Positions 1 through 11,826 of a stretch of DNA of 64,000 bases are shown here, piece by piece. Every line of letters starts with the position of its first letter. Within the stretch, counting starts at the first letter, position 1. The translations under genes and the position numbers were made by a program. The notes under the pieces were generated by a model. That model saw nothing but the letters and a program-made list of their open reading frames with translations, was not told the origin of the DNA and searched no databases. Source of the stretch: Lingula anatina (lineage: Eukaryota; Animalia; Brachiopoda); NCBI GenBank assembly GCA_051362555.1, contig CM120648.1:1403721-1467720 (forward strand), written 5' to 3'.

Positions 1-857
1 CCAGAGCGGATGAATGTTAGTGCTAGGTGTGTTGGCTAATTCGTGGCTTTTATGGTTAATATGGGCGTTAGTGCTAAAAGATCTGCGGGTGGTGTTAGTA
101 AATACCTAATCTGTTTATAAGGCCTGTTTTCTATGGACACAACAATTTACTAACTTGTTTGAATGAGGACATCCGTAGAATTCTGTATGATACTTCAGAA
201 GCCTTATTACACATTTATTTACATTTATTTTATTACTCATTGTGTACTTCTTTTTTTAAAAAATGTTAAGTCTGTAATGAGACTGATTACCAGGTGCTTG
301 GCTGAATATAGGTCACAAAGGGAGGAGTCATTTGATGATTGAATAAAGATTTTTAATATATCTGTTTACTTTTTGCTGTGCGCATGTTGCTTGCTTGAAT
401 TCCTTGACAGATAAAATTATAATTTAAATGTGTCTTTTTTGCAAGTGAGAAAGTAAACCAGTTTGCCTCTATTTTTTTTCCTAATTGCTCACTGTTTTCA
501 GCCACATGATTTCCAATATTGCTTAAGTTAATACTAACAAGCAGATGATTACATACTATTGTGAGCCTAGTAAACCTCCAGATCTTTTTTGACAATCTTT
601 TTGAGATTTTGTCAACAGTATATTGTTTTAAGAGACAATTTAATCAGTCTTGTGTAAATTTTGTGAGTTGCTGCCAGTAATACAAGAAAACTTATTTTGG
701 CAGACAGTGGTCTCCTTTTGAATTTGGCTGCAACATTGATTCTTTCAAACCCAATTTTGTTCTACGAATGATAAAATTAATATTATTGCATGACACGATT
801 CATCGTATTGTATGACACGTGATTTCATGACGGCCCAAATGGCTTTAGAACTTCAGC

Positions 858-1040
858 CAGTGCATTCAGAACAGCCAACTAACAGATCTGCGGATCAACT
901 ATGAAGACCCACTAAAAAGCCTGTCCCTCAATTCACAATTAAACACTGAATAGATTCTTTGGGCGATTACGCAACAAGCACTCAGTGGGTCGGCCATATT
1001 TGATCCCCGGATCCGTTAGTCTGTTGTTATGAATGCACTC
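858..1040. mobile_element. MITE family B (TIR GAGYGCATTC), Harbinger/Tourist-like
   Basis: Imperfect TIRs gtgcattcagaacagc...gtctgttgttatgaatgcac. Homologous to 22161-22568. Confidence 0.65.
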
Positions 1041-1090
1041 GGCAACACAGTATCATGTCTGGGCTAACACTTTCGTTGCATCTTTTCCAG

Positions 1091-4000
1091 CGAACGTTAC
1101 CCCTCCTCAGTTATGTACGGGATTTTGTCCCTCTGAGATGATTTTCCAGCCTGTGCATCGGCCGGTTGCCCAGCAACAGAATCGCAGACATCATGAGGAA
1201 AAGGTGAGGTGGATCAATTTTTTCTTCATCTTTGCTGAAACTTCAATTATATCCTTTAACTTGAAAACAATTTGCCATACATGATTATCATTCACAGATT
1301 CATATTTAACTGTCAGGATTTTCATCTTTTTTTTTCAATCGCAGACTTCATTGGGCAATGGCATTGAGTTTCAGGCCTCCACATCGAATAGTTTCAGCCC
1401 AGACACATCTAGTTCTGGGTTCCTGACTCTTCCAAGCCATAGTAAGACATCCAGTAGGGTAAGTATAATAAATGAATAAGTAAATAAATAATAATAATAA
1501 ATAATAATAATAATAATTGTTGTTTAGCTAAAATATTAAAAAATTTATTTAGCAGGCTATTAAATTTTTTGTGATATACAACTTGTTTAGCAAGTGAGCT
1601 TATGATTTTGGACCAAAAGTTGACTTTGGACATCTTTTTTGAGATGGGTCTCAGCAGCCTTTTCTCAATAATGTAATGGACTGTACGGTGGGGGAATCCG
1701 ATTTACTGCCCATCTCGAGAATATCTTTTTCAGTGGCTGATAAGATTAAGTCTAACATATTAGGTCTAACCAGCTTGATTGCAATTGTGATTTTAATTCT
1801 GTTGAATCATTGTACTTAATCGGAATTCAAACTTCCAAACTCTCCAACCTTTAGTTACATGCACGTCAGTGGTAAAATTAGTATCATTTTCAGTATCGAT
1901 TTGGTATAGCCAATGTACCAATTTCAATATTTTCAGTATCCATTTGGTATAGCCAATGTACCAATTTCAATATTTTCAGTATCCATTCGGTATAGCCAAT
2001 GTACCAAAGTTGGGTAATAAGGTGCTTAAAGGGTCTTCTAAGGGAACAGAAAGTACCAGCGTGTCCACGGACTTCTTACTAGAGAGTGACGGAAGTACTC
2101 CGATGTCAGAGTCTGCCCAGACAAAGGTTGGTGGACATTTTGGTGTGAATGAATCTGTGGCACCACTGAGTGAGGAATAGCATGAAGGAGTGTGGTACCT
2201 TTGGCTGAGTGAGGAATGGCAGGAATGAGTGTGGTACCTTTTGGCTGAGTGTTTTATAGAGATATTGGCAGCTAAATAGCCGGGCTATTACATGAGATGG
2301 TCCCCTACCTGTAACTCAAATAATCAGCTTCAAATGAACTTTTAGAGAGATTGTGAATGGGAGAAAAACCCTCCAACATGGCATAGTGACATGACATCAC
2401 CTGATTAGGTCGCCAATTTTGCTAACAGCTTTTATTTTCTTCATTTCCGCTTCAATTTATTATATGATTGTATCTTTATCATAGGAGTCGTCGGGAGACT
2501 CTGGAACAGTGTTAAAACTTGCGGAGGACCCCCCATGGATCTCAGCTGTTCCCTGGAATAAGGACACCATGATGCGTTACCAGTTACAACCCAAAAGGCT
2601 CAAGTCTGTGCTTAAATCAGATCGTGTTACCATGGAAACTGTCCTGCAGCCGGAACTGATGACGTCGCAGTTCCACCAGTTACTGGAGGATTTGGAGAAC
2701 AAAATTGCCGAAGTATGGAATATTTATGCTACAAATTTCTTGCCCCTCATATCTTTAAAAACTAGCAGAGATATGCCCATAGTGTTGCCCCCATACTACA
2801 AATGCAACAATGATAACACATTTCAAGGAAAAACAATAGGTCTATTGTCTAAAAAATCACAGGAGTCGCTATTTCTGAAGAAAGAGAGAGAGGGGGGGAG
2901 GAGGGAGTGGATTTTTTCTATAAAGCAAGTTTACTTGATATTGTACGTTTTTCATATTTGTCAGAATAGATTCCATTCACTAATAACAATTCAGAGCAGT
3001 TTCTTTGATTATGCTTGTAATATTGTTGCTTCCGGGAAATTCCCTTGAAACATTCGTGCTTTCAAGAAATGTCCTCGAACTTGGGCAGCTCACAACAGTT
3101 GTTAAATTTTCTATTGCTGCTTTCAGGAACTACCCCCGTCCTCTGCCTCCTCACAGTTGTATAATTGTTCTTTTTTTTCTGCTTACAGGAAATGTCCCTG
3201 TCGTCCGACAGCTCTTCTCAGGGAGAGACGAAGGGGCAAGCCAGCAAGCTGTGCTACGTCGACTGTAACAGTGAGACGCACGACCACGGCGTCTCCAACG
3301 TGATGCCCGAGACGGAGGCCATGAGCGACAGCACCGACAGCAACAATTCCAAAGGAATGGTCCACGTGCAGAAGCCGCGCAAGAGTTGTTCCCACCGCCG
3401 GTCCAACACCGTGCAGACACCGCAGCAGCAGCAGCAGCAACAGCAGCAGCGCCTCGCGGAAACTAAAGAGGCTTTGGAGCAGGACCAAAGGGAGCACGGA
3501 GAACAAGGAGAGGATCAGCTGCCCGAGAACGACGAGAAAGATTCGAGCTCAAAAAGTGACGATGGAGAGAAGAGCATGTCGGAAGGATCAAGCATCGATA
3601 AAAACTCTTGCGACAAAATGGACGGTGCGCAATCCGAGAATTCGAAGGCGGAGAGCGATAAGGCGGTGTCCAGCGATTTGACGCCCAGCGATGCTCGAAG
3701 TAATGAAGAAGAGCAGAACAGCTCTCTGAAGGAATCGGACCATTCCTCCGGCGTTGAAAACACAAACGGCAAAGACCCCACTGAAGCCGTCATGGACGAC
3801 GTAATGTCCCAGTTGTTTGTTCCCTTAAAAGCTCGCTTCCCGTGCAAGCAAAAGATTGACCCAGTTTCTCCATGGCTCAAAGATTTCCAGTTCACAGAAT
3901 CCGCAGCCAAGGAGTATCAAATGGACATGAAAACTTTAGAAGAGGTACTGGCGAAGGACAGCTTACAAATGAAGCAGTTTGTTCAGCCCGCTATGATCGG

Positions 4001-4229
4001 GGCGCAGTTTGCCGAGTTAAGGGTAAGATTAGAACAAGGCAACTCCACCTCTGAATCTCCGAGTGCCGATGCCAGGAAAGAAGAATCCACTGCGGAGAAG
4101 AACCCAGGAAGTCCGTTCGGGAACCTGTTCTACCCGATTCTAACCCAGATGGGCAGCGACGGAGACGCCGTGGGCTCGCAGTGCGCCATGTCCGTGGGAA
4201 GTGACGGCACGGACGGAAAGGGGACTTAG
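1091..4229 (+). CDS. per: Period circadian protein, 3' part (last 4 coding exons; 5' part lies outside the window)
   Basis: Exons 1091-1203, 1345-1458, 2485-2712 and 3189-4229 have AG/GT boundaries and join in frame. Exon 3 encodes EDPPWISAVPWNKDTMMRYQLQPKRLKSVLKSDR..LQP..QF..L, which matches from memory the PER C-terminal CRY-binding domain (vertebrate DPIW..MMTYQLP.R.LE.VLKEDRE.L..LQP). It follows a Ser-rich region. PAS domains are not in the window. Confidence 0.8.
1888..2007 (+). repeat. 43-bp tandem repeat (~2.7 copies)
   Basis: tttcagtatccatttggtatagccaatgtaccaatttcaatat repeated. Confidence 0.85.
2155..2252 (+). repeat. ~37-bp degenerate tandem repeat x3
   Basis: tgtggtacctttggctgagtgaggaa repeated. 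Confidence 0.6.
2735..2870 (+). mobile_element. Fragment of the H2 HINE family in the last per intron
   Basis: catatctttaaaaactagcagagatatgccc...catttcaaggaaaaacaataggtctattgtctaaaaaatcacaggag aligns with 61900-62040. Confidence 0.7.
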
Positions 4230-5435
4230 CGACTTGTGTGGTCGCAAAAATTAAAAATAAGAAAGAAAGAAAACTAAAGTGAAATTAGGAATACTCTGTA
4301 AAAATGGTCATTTGTAAATGAACGGGCTGGCGTGCATTTAAATGACGAGACGGCAAAAAAGAAAGAATTTTGAAAGCAGTGTTTTGCATGCAAGTGTACG
4401 TGGAAAAGAAGAAGGAAAGTTAATATTTTTCGGCCTGATAATTTGACATTTAACGTAACGTTTCTCTCGAAACCTCTTTTTGTATGCTTGCCAAGAATGG
4501 ACGACAAAAATAAATGACCAAGATAAAGGTAATTGCTAAACTTCTGGGTCCATTAAAAATTTTGTGTCCAGTTGATATGTATTTTTTTCGTAATTTATAA
4601 AAAGTTGGTATACTGTAAGTATGTCGCTGGGAAAACGTTATTTAAAAAAAGCCATGAGAATGAAAAAACGTTGTGGAGGTAGCCCAGCTTGTTGGTTTGT
4701 ACCTATACTTTCTCTCTGGTAGAGATTGTACCTTCTCTCTTCTCGGGTAGAGGTCTGCACTTTCTCATAACGAGAAGTAAAACTGTTTCATATTTACGAA
4801 AGGACAATATGGGTAACTTGAGTACTAGAAAGCATGGTGCTGACCAGAATGTTGATAGGTAAACGAGTGAAAGAAAAAAATAACAACCCAGGCATATTAA
4901 ATATAGACCATTTGTGATCGATTTTGTAATATGTATTATTTAATAAGTAAAATGTAACACGGTATAGTTATGATATAGTGGTCTTTTTTTCCATCCAAAA
5001 ATTAGACGGACATCTTCAGCGATCGCTGGCCGCAGTGTTTTAACAATGACAGGACAATAGATGGCGTTGTGGTCAGTTGGAGGTTATATACGGACTTCTA
5101 CTCCCTCCTCCCCCCCCCCCCAAATTATTGTTTTTCCATCGTTTTCAGGATGGACAATGACGTCATTCTAACTTTTGTATGGAAAAATTGAACAGTTTAT
5201 GCAATTTTGATTTTACGTTCAGAGGAACTTATTCCGAAAATCGCATAGCTTGTTTCTAAGTCGTTTAAAATTTTATGAACTCTATAAATAAAATTCCTTA
5301 TTGTTCCTTGGTCGTTTTATATTTTATGAATGTTTAAATAAACCCCCAAAAGCTTACAACTTTGTCTGAGTTTTTCAAGGTAAAAAGAATACTGAGAAGT
5401 AAAAAGCTTTTAGCCTGTTGATATTTACACCCATG

Positions 5436-6136
5436 AAACGAGGCCGACGGTCTATAGCAATCTGTAAAACGCAGTTAAAGCCTAGATTACATTTGAAGTG
5501 CAATGCCCGCACGGTGTACGTATACTGCCTGTATTATAAATTCCCTTTTCGTACGGCGTCTGAGCGGAGGTAGACGATAGCCGTACGTTTTTCTTTTTTC
5601 AAAATCGTAAGTAGCTATGGCGAATACGTTTATATAACGCGCGAGAGCCGTGCCATTTCTCCAACATTATTACCTCGAGGTCACGTGGGGAAGATCGTAT
5701 TTCAATTGAAAAATGATCGTCCGGAGCCCTTTCAATCTCGGTGCAGTTGCCGCACATCTTTTGTCCGGCTTCTTGAAGTCGTTGCAGCCCCTTACGTTTT
5801 TTTTTTTTCAACCTTGCGTTCAGATTAAGAAAAACTACAATTTTACATTTATGCAAATGAATTATACAAAAGAAAGGTACAACTCCTTGATTACACTGAC
5901 ATTTAAACATCTAAACTATTTTTGTGCCTCCGAAACCAACAAATAAGGAAGGGAAAGAGACCAATAACCGGTTCAAACATTATCACGATCACCGCAAGTC
6001 CACCGAACAATGCCTGTGCAGGAACTGCGCAATGCCATCTGCGGGCTTCCGGCCTGGCTTCAAGGTCATGTGGGATCTGGAGAAATGACACGGCGACCAT
6101 TTGTAATGTGGACATTAACGCGCGATTAACGATGAC

Positions 6137-6168
<32 letters not shown>

Positions 6169-6230
6169 ACGGACAAATCGCATACAATTTCATCGCACGG
6201 CGCCCGTGGCAACTTTAGTCGGCTATAATT
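5436..6230 (-). mobile_element. Possible HINE/Helitron-like element between per and ATAD3
   Basis: A CpG-rich island in AT-rich DNA. On -, it starts ttatagccgac and ends gctata + short hairpin + cgttt. Confidence 0.35.
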
Positions 6231-6620
6231 TTTAACGGACTAACGATTCTTTATCTAAGTCATTTCGCAAAGAAGACCCAAAAGTTCTGCAAATTAGGTT
6301 CCCGTAAATGAAATTGCTACAATTATGTGATTGGAAGTTTTAAGTTTCGAACATGACATGGGTCAAATCATATATTAAATGGTGGGAAAACATTGATACA
6401 TTAGACTATTTATGCATTACACTGAGAAGGATTGGCCGACCCCCCACTCAAGTGAACAAATCGTAAGCATACTTTTACTCTGTTCAGTCCGTCGCCCCCC
6501 CCCCCCCCCCCCCATTCTCTCAACACCTCAGCCGAAATGTTAGAATTTTCCCTTATAGTAAAGAGACGATTGTTCTTCTTTTTCCTTACAAAATTGAACT
6601 ATTTCGGGAACCAATCCTTA

Positions 6621-6729
6621 GACTGGGTTCCCAGCCCTGGGTCGGTCCATCTGGAACGATCTATCTCCCTGGGGAGTCTCACTAAATACTGTCAACTTAA
6701 CCGGCTTAAATATCTGTGGGAATGGTCCC
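6621..6729. mobile_element. MITE family A, internally deleted/rearranged copy
   Basis: TTA on both sides. Shares ctccctggggagtctcacta..ccggcttaaat with the other copies. Confidence 0.7.
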
Positions 6730-7654
6730 TTAGTCTAGTGCTTTACCAGTTCCTCTGTCCCCCATATTAAATCTTTGCTTTTGCCGTATAGCAGGCTAAG
6801 CCTCGGTCGATTGCATCCCGACTTGATTCCACAAATGTTACTCCATAAAACAAAATCCAAATACTCTTAAGAATGCTTTAATGTCAAGGCAGCAGTTGAT
6901 GTAATTTCTTCACAATTAATAAACTTAAAAGTACTACATTCATTTAAATTACAAATAACACCCAGCAACCGTGACTTTCTGTCATCACAAAACGTTACTT
7001 TCTGAACGTACAAATGAATAGAATAATAATTTCTTCTCATTAGTAGTCATGCTGTGCCCTTTTTTTATCACTTCGAACATAACCAGAAAAGCGTCATGAA
7101 TCAAGCACAATTCTTCCAGTAATAGCCATTACAATGGGTGGCGATTTACAAATAACTAGAAAATTAATGGTGTCATTCATTTTTATGTTCTGATACGCCA
7201 ACCCTACCCTTCCAATGTGTGTGGGTGTATTTTTCTCAATATATAAAATCAAACAATTTATTTTTCATTGTAAAGGAAGGAAACGTGTCCTGGTTTAAAG
7301 TGTCTATGAAAAACACGCATCAGATGACCTTAAGAAATAATGAAAACCTTAGGGTGAAAACGTCTCCCCACCCCCACCCAACACACACATATGATGTCTT
7401 CTAGCAAAAGATTTCGCCAAGCCTTTTTGTGATGAAATTTGGAAGCTGTCCTTTTTTTCTAGAGCATGAAATCCTGTAAAGGGAAAAATCCCCCTTCCTG
7501 TATTGAAAACAAAGGAGTCTTGGCAGTGAGCATTGTTCTTCCTCTCATAACACTTCGCATCTCCTTCAAATGCATCTGGCAGTTCACATTTCTGTACAGC
7601 ATTACAATAAAACTCCCCAACAATTACTTTAATTCAAACTAATTTGCCTAGACA

Positions 7655-8339
7655 TCATTGTGTGCTCTTTGGTGGTTTGATAGAAGTGGAAGCACTTTTC
7701 TGAGAGTGGAAAACGTCTGGCGCCGTGTCGTGCAGCGTCTCTTTCTCGTCGTTTTCTTTCCATTTCATCTTCTTGGCGTGATCTTCAATGACCTCCTGTA
7801 CACGTGCATCAATCATGGCCTCCGTCAGTACGCCTTCTTCTGATGCGTAGGCACTTGCCTGGAAGGGAAACATCCCATATTTGACATATTAGTGGGTATA
7901 CTCTTTGGGCGTGAATTAATTTGCTGGAGATGTCAACACCTTTCATCTTAACTGACAGGACACGTCACATCCAAAACCGTTGGGGAATTATTGGTTTATA
8001 AGAACTACACGAACTTTAAAAGTTGAAAGTTTCTAGTTTATGAGTCGATCCCAAGATTAGATGGAGACTGCTGAATTTCATTTGTGATGGTAAAATGAAG
8101 CATTTACGACTAGAAAATGTTTTACAAGAAATTTATTTTTTCAACAGTTATGAAATACTATGGCGATTACTGTAGAATTGCTAAAATTTACTGGAATACT
8201 GATTTCATTTGCTATATAAAGGTCTAACGGGTATTGTGCTCTTTACATAGAAATATTTCATCATCATGTGATAGTTTTTTTTTTTAATCTAGTTTTTACA
8301 CCCATACTTTGCAATATTATTATTGAGGTTTAAAATTAC

Positions 8340-8378
<39 letters not shown>

Positions 8379-11300
8379 TTTACCTGCCAGGCCACTCCCA
8401 GTTTACTAATTTCTCTCCCAGATAAGCCATCAGTGATCCTTGCTATTTCAGAACATTTGGCAGTGTAGTCAAACTGGTCCACCTTTAACCTCCTGGAATA
8501 TATCAGAATAAAAACTGGTCACCATTTGTGAAACTGTGCACAAAAGATATATCAATGACTACCAATGTTGGTAGCCTAAAATTATGAAAAGGGTGTTATT
8601 CTGTTGGTTCATAATTTTTTCTTGTTTTAAAGGTAATTGCAAAAATGATAAGAGGGGACAAGGGGCAAATACCCCACTTTGAGTTACATATATGTCTAGT
8701 CTTTGCAACTAAACCTGACCAAGTTCCATCATTTAGTTTAAAATAGCAGAACTTAATTAAAGAAATACAAAAGAGAAACATCTCACTTCCTGAAAAAAGA
8801 TGTTTGATATTTTATATTTTCTGTCCTTTTCTTTTATATTATACCAGGAACTAGTATAGGTGGTTTATACATGCCCTATAGGGAATTTCCACTAGGTTCA
8901 TATGTAACTTTAATCACTTTTCACGTTAACTGGTCTTCTACTCACTTCTTTCCTTCTGATGCTGGTTTCAGCACAAACTTGTCAAAGTAATGCCGCACCA
9001 TGCGTTCTCTCTCCTCCAGCGTGGGCAGGTCAAAGTTCACCATTTCGTCAATACGGTCATTTATTGCCCAATCAAACTGTTCTGGCTGGTTGCTGGCAAG
9101 TACTAACATGAATCTGAAAGGCACGAAGGCAACTTAAATTCGAAAAGAAGTACTACACAGGCATGAAAAGCTTGAAGTGATTTTTGGTAGAAAAGTAGGT
9201 CACCATCACACACAACCTTGTTTCAAATTAAAAATAAAATATAAAAAGTGAAAAAAAGCACCAAAATCTACCATGGCCTGTCTGAACCACACTGAGTAAA
9301 TACATACTTTAAGAAAACTATTAGTTCACAAGAGTTATACCATAGTGTTAATGGGACAATTGCAGATATTAACTGAATAACACCAGAGTGGTGAAAAATA
9401 ACATAAAAAATTGAGCTCTTCAGCAAACAGATGAATTGAGCGATCAACTTGTAAATAACTACACTTGGTCTATTAATCTAGGAAATTATTTTAAAATTTA
9501 GTTAAAGTCATAATAATTCTTCGTTTTGGCCAAAAATTGGATTTTCCCGGAAAAAACGGCAATTTTCCCGTACTAACCAATGGTCAACGACCCCATTCCT
9601 GCATTCAAAGTTAATCCAGGGTTTTTTTCCTAAACGTACGGTTTTTTGTTAAAATCTCTTAAGAGATTTTAACTGACGGAGCTCTCTCTGACATCGCATA
9701 GTCACTGTTGACCTACTTAAAACCGCGGGAAAAGCAGACAACAACAACACTATATAAGATTCATTAGATATATTCGTCTTTTTGTTAAAAATACATTAAT
9801 ATTCACAATGTGTGCCATTCTGGGCTTTTCGTTATCCGACGCACTGTACAAAAACTCGCAACTTATGTCTGCGTCTGCATTAATGCGTTTCGCGCCATAT
9901 GTTATTTTGGTCTCGAATGAACGCGAGAATCCGCGTGACACCATTACGTCATTAGCAACGAATGCCTTGATGACCGGGAAGAAAAGGCATCGAAAGCCCT
10001 ATTGACAAGCACAGATTTTAGTATTACTACAATAACGGCCGTTTTAGTGGTAAAATACAATAGAATATATTTCCATGCGTTGTTTACAATGTATTTCATG
10101 CGGAATTTTGAATCTCAAAGGAAGAGTTATTATTGCTTTAACTACAGGCAGTGGTCTTTTTTTCACCATTCTGTATATCAGTATTTAGTCAGCTTAGCCC
10201 TGACACACATAAACAGAAAATAGCACAAGGCATGCCTCTAAAAACCTGGATTTTGGGGAAAAAAAGTTCTGTTGAAACTCTTACTTGTGAGACTGTTCAC
10301 CAGTCCTGTAGAGAAAAGCGTTCAGCGTGGCCCGAAGATCTTCGCTGATTTTCTCCTGGAATATCAATAGTATCACTCATTAAAATTAATAGAATCATCA
10401 TTCTAAATTATCCCAATGGCATCTCTATTTCAACTCTTTGTGTTAATTTTCTTTTTTTGTGCAAATGAAGTACTGTAACGAGAGAGAGAGAGAGAGAGAG
10501 TGAGAGAGGTGTAGGGAGAGGAGGGGAGGATGCAGGAGCCAGTGCATATATTTGATATCTACCTGACTCCTTTTCCGTAGGAATGCATCTGCCTCGTCAA
10601 CAAACAGGAGAAGTCTGAAAAACAGAAGAAACTTTATATTTGAAAAATTGTGATAACTTAATTAGTTGCCTGGAATAATACTCAGTTACAAAAGAAGTAT
10701 GGTAAAAACTTGAAATTTCAGTCGATCTTGAAAATTTTGTCAGATGATGATTCTCCACCAATGTAAATTTTTTTCATCTTGAAAATTTCATCAAACTTGA
10801 CAATGGACCTCTCGCTAATTTTGAAAAGTTTGTTACCTAATATGGCCAACAGATTCATGCATTTAAAGATATAAATTAATTTTAAAGTGAGGAAAATTTT
10901 ACTGTAAAAGGTCAACATCTGATATATTAAACAACTTACATATTCATTTTGGAATGAAATTCCAAATAAATGCGACTTATAAAACCACTCCTCAACAAAT
11001 ACTATAAACACCTTCGTAGCCCAGATTAAAAAAAGAGCTAATATTAAGCACATTTTCCAAGTAAACACAATATTAGTGATCACTGCAAATTATTATCAGG
11101 CCTCAAACATGGAAAATCTAAACTCTACAAGCCCTGTAGGTGTTAAGACAGAGTTCTCACCTTGACAAGATGACAACCTTTGTTCACAGGTAGATAGCTC
11201 TTCAACAATGTCATTACATATTATTCATGGACTTAAGCCCTGTAGAACTTTTTTTTTTGGTCTTTTTGGTCTCTCAGATTCATTATTCTAGAACTTTCCA

Positions 11301-11791
11301 GCAACCAGGCTTAGCAATTTGATTGGGTAATTGACGAAATGGTGAACTTTGACCTGCCTTCACTGGAGGAGAGAGAAAGCTAATGTGGCATTTTTTTTTT
11401 TACATAAAATATTATTTTCAGTGTTTTCTGAATTGATTTGTGAAGAGGGCTGCTTTAATTTCTCAAGGATACCAGGCTATAAACCCATCATTTACAGTTT
11501 CCTTGATTTTAGTCAGAATACTCACCCTCTCCTGCTTGTTTGTGCCCAGTCGAAAACCTTGTGCATGGCGGTGACTCCCTCCCGCCCCATGGGGGCTACA
11601 TCGCCGCCTGTCATGATGGCGTAGTCCATTCCTGAGTGAGAGGCCAAGCTCTGAAATGTGAGAAGTGAATCAGAATTTATTTGTTCATTTTTTAACTTAT
11701 AATATTTAGAATACACTTCTCCACCTTTTTATAACATTTTGAAAATGTTTAATTTGGAATAAATAAATAAATAAATGAATGAATGAATGAA

Positions 11792-11826
<35 letters not shown>

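Noticed and set aside
2713-3048. ORF 2509-3048 continuing 112 codons beyond the per exon donor
   Set aside because: The extension runs through a HINE fragment (2735-2870) and simple repeats. A good donor at 2713 splices in frame to 3189.
3151-3910. Several antisense ORFs over the last per exon
   Set aside because: Shadow ORFs of a GC-rich coding exon.
9617-10271. Possible hAT-like MITE (CAG...CTG imperfect TIRs) in ATAD3 intron 12
   Set aside because: The TIRs are degenerate and there is no matching 8-bp TSD. It is probably TE-derived but cannot be delimited confidently.
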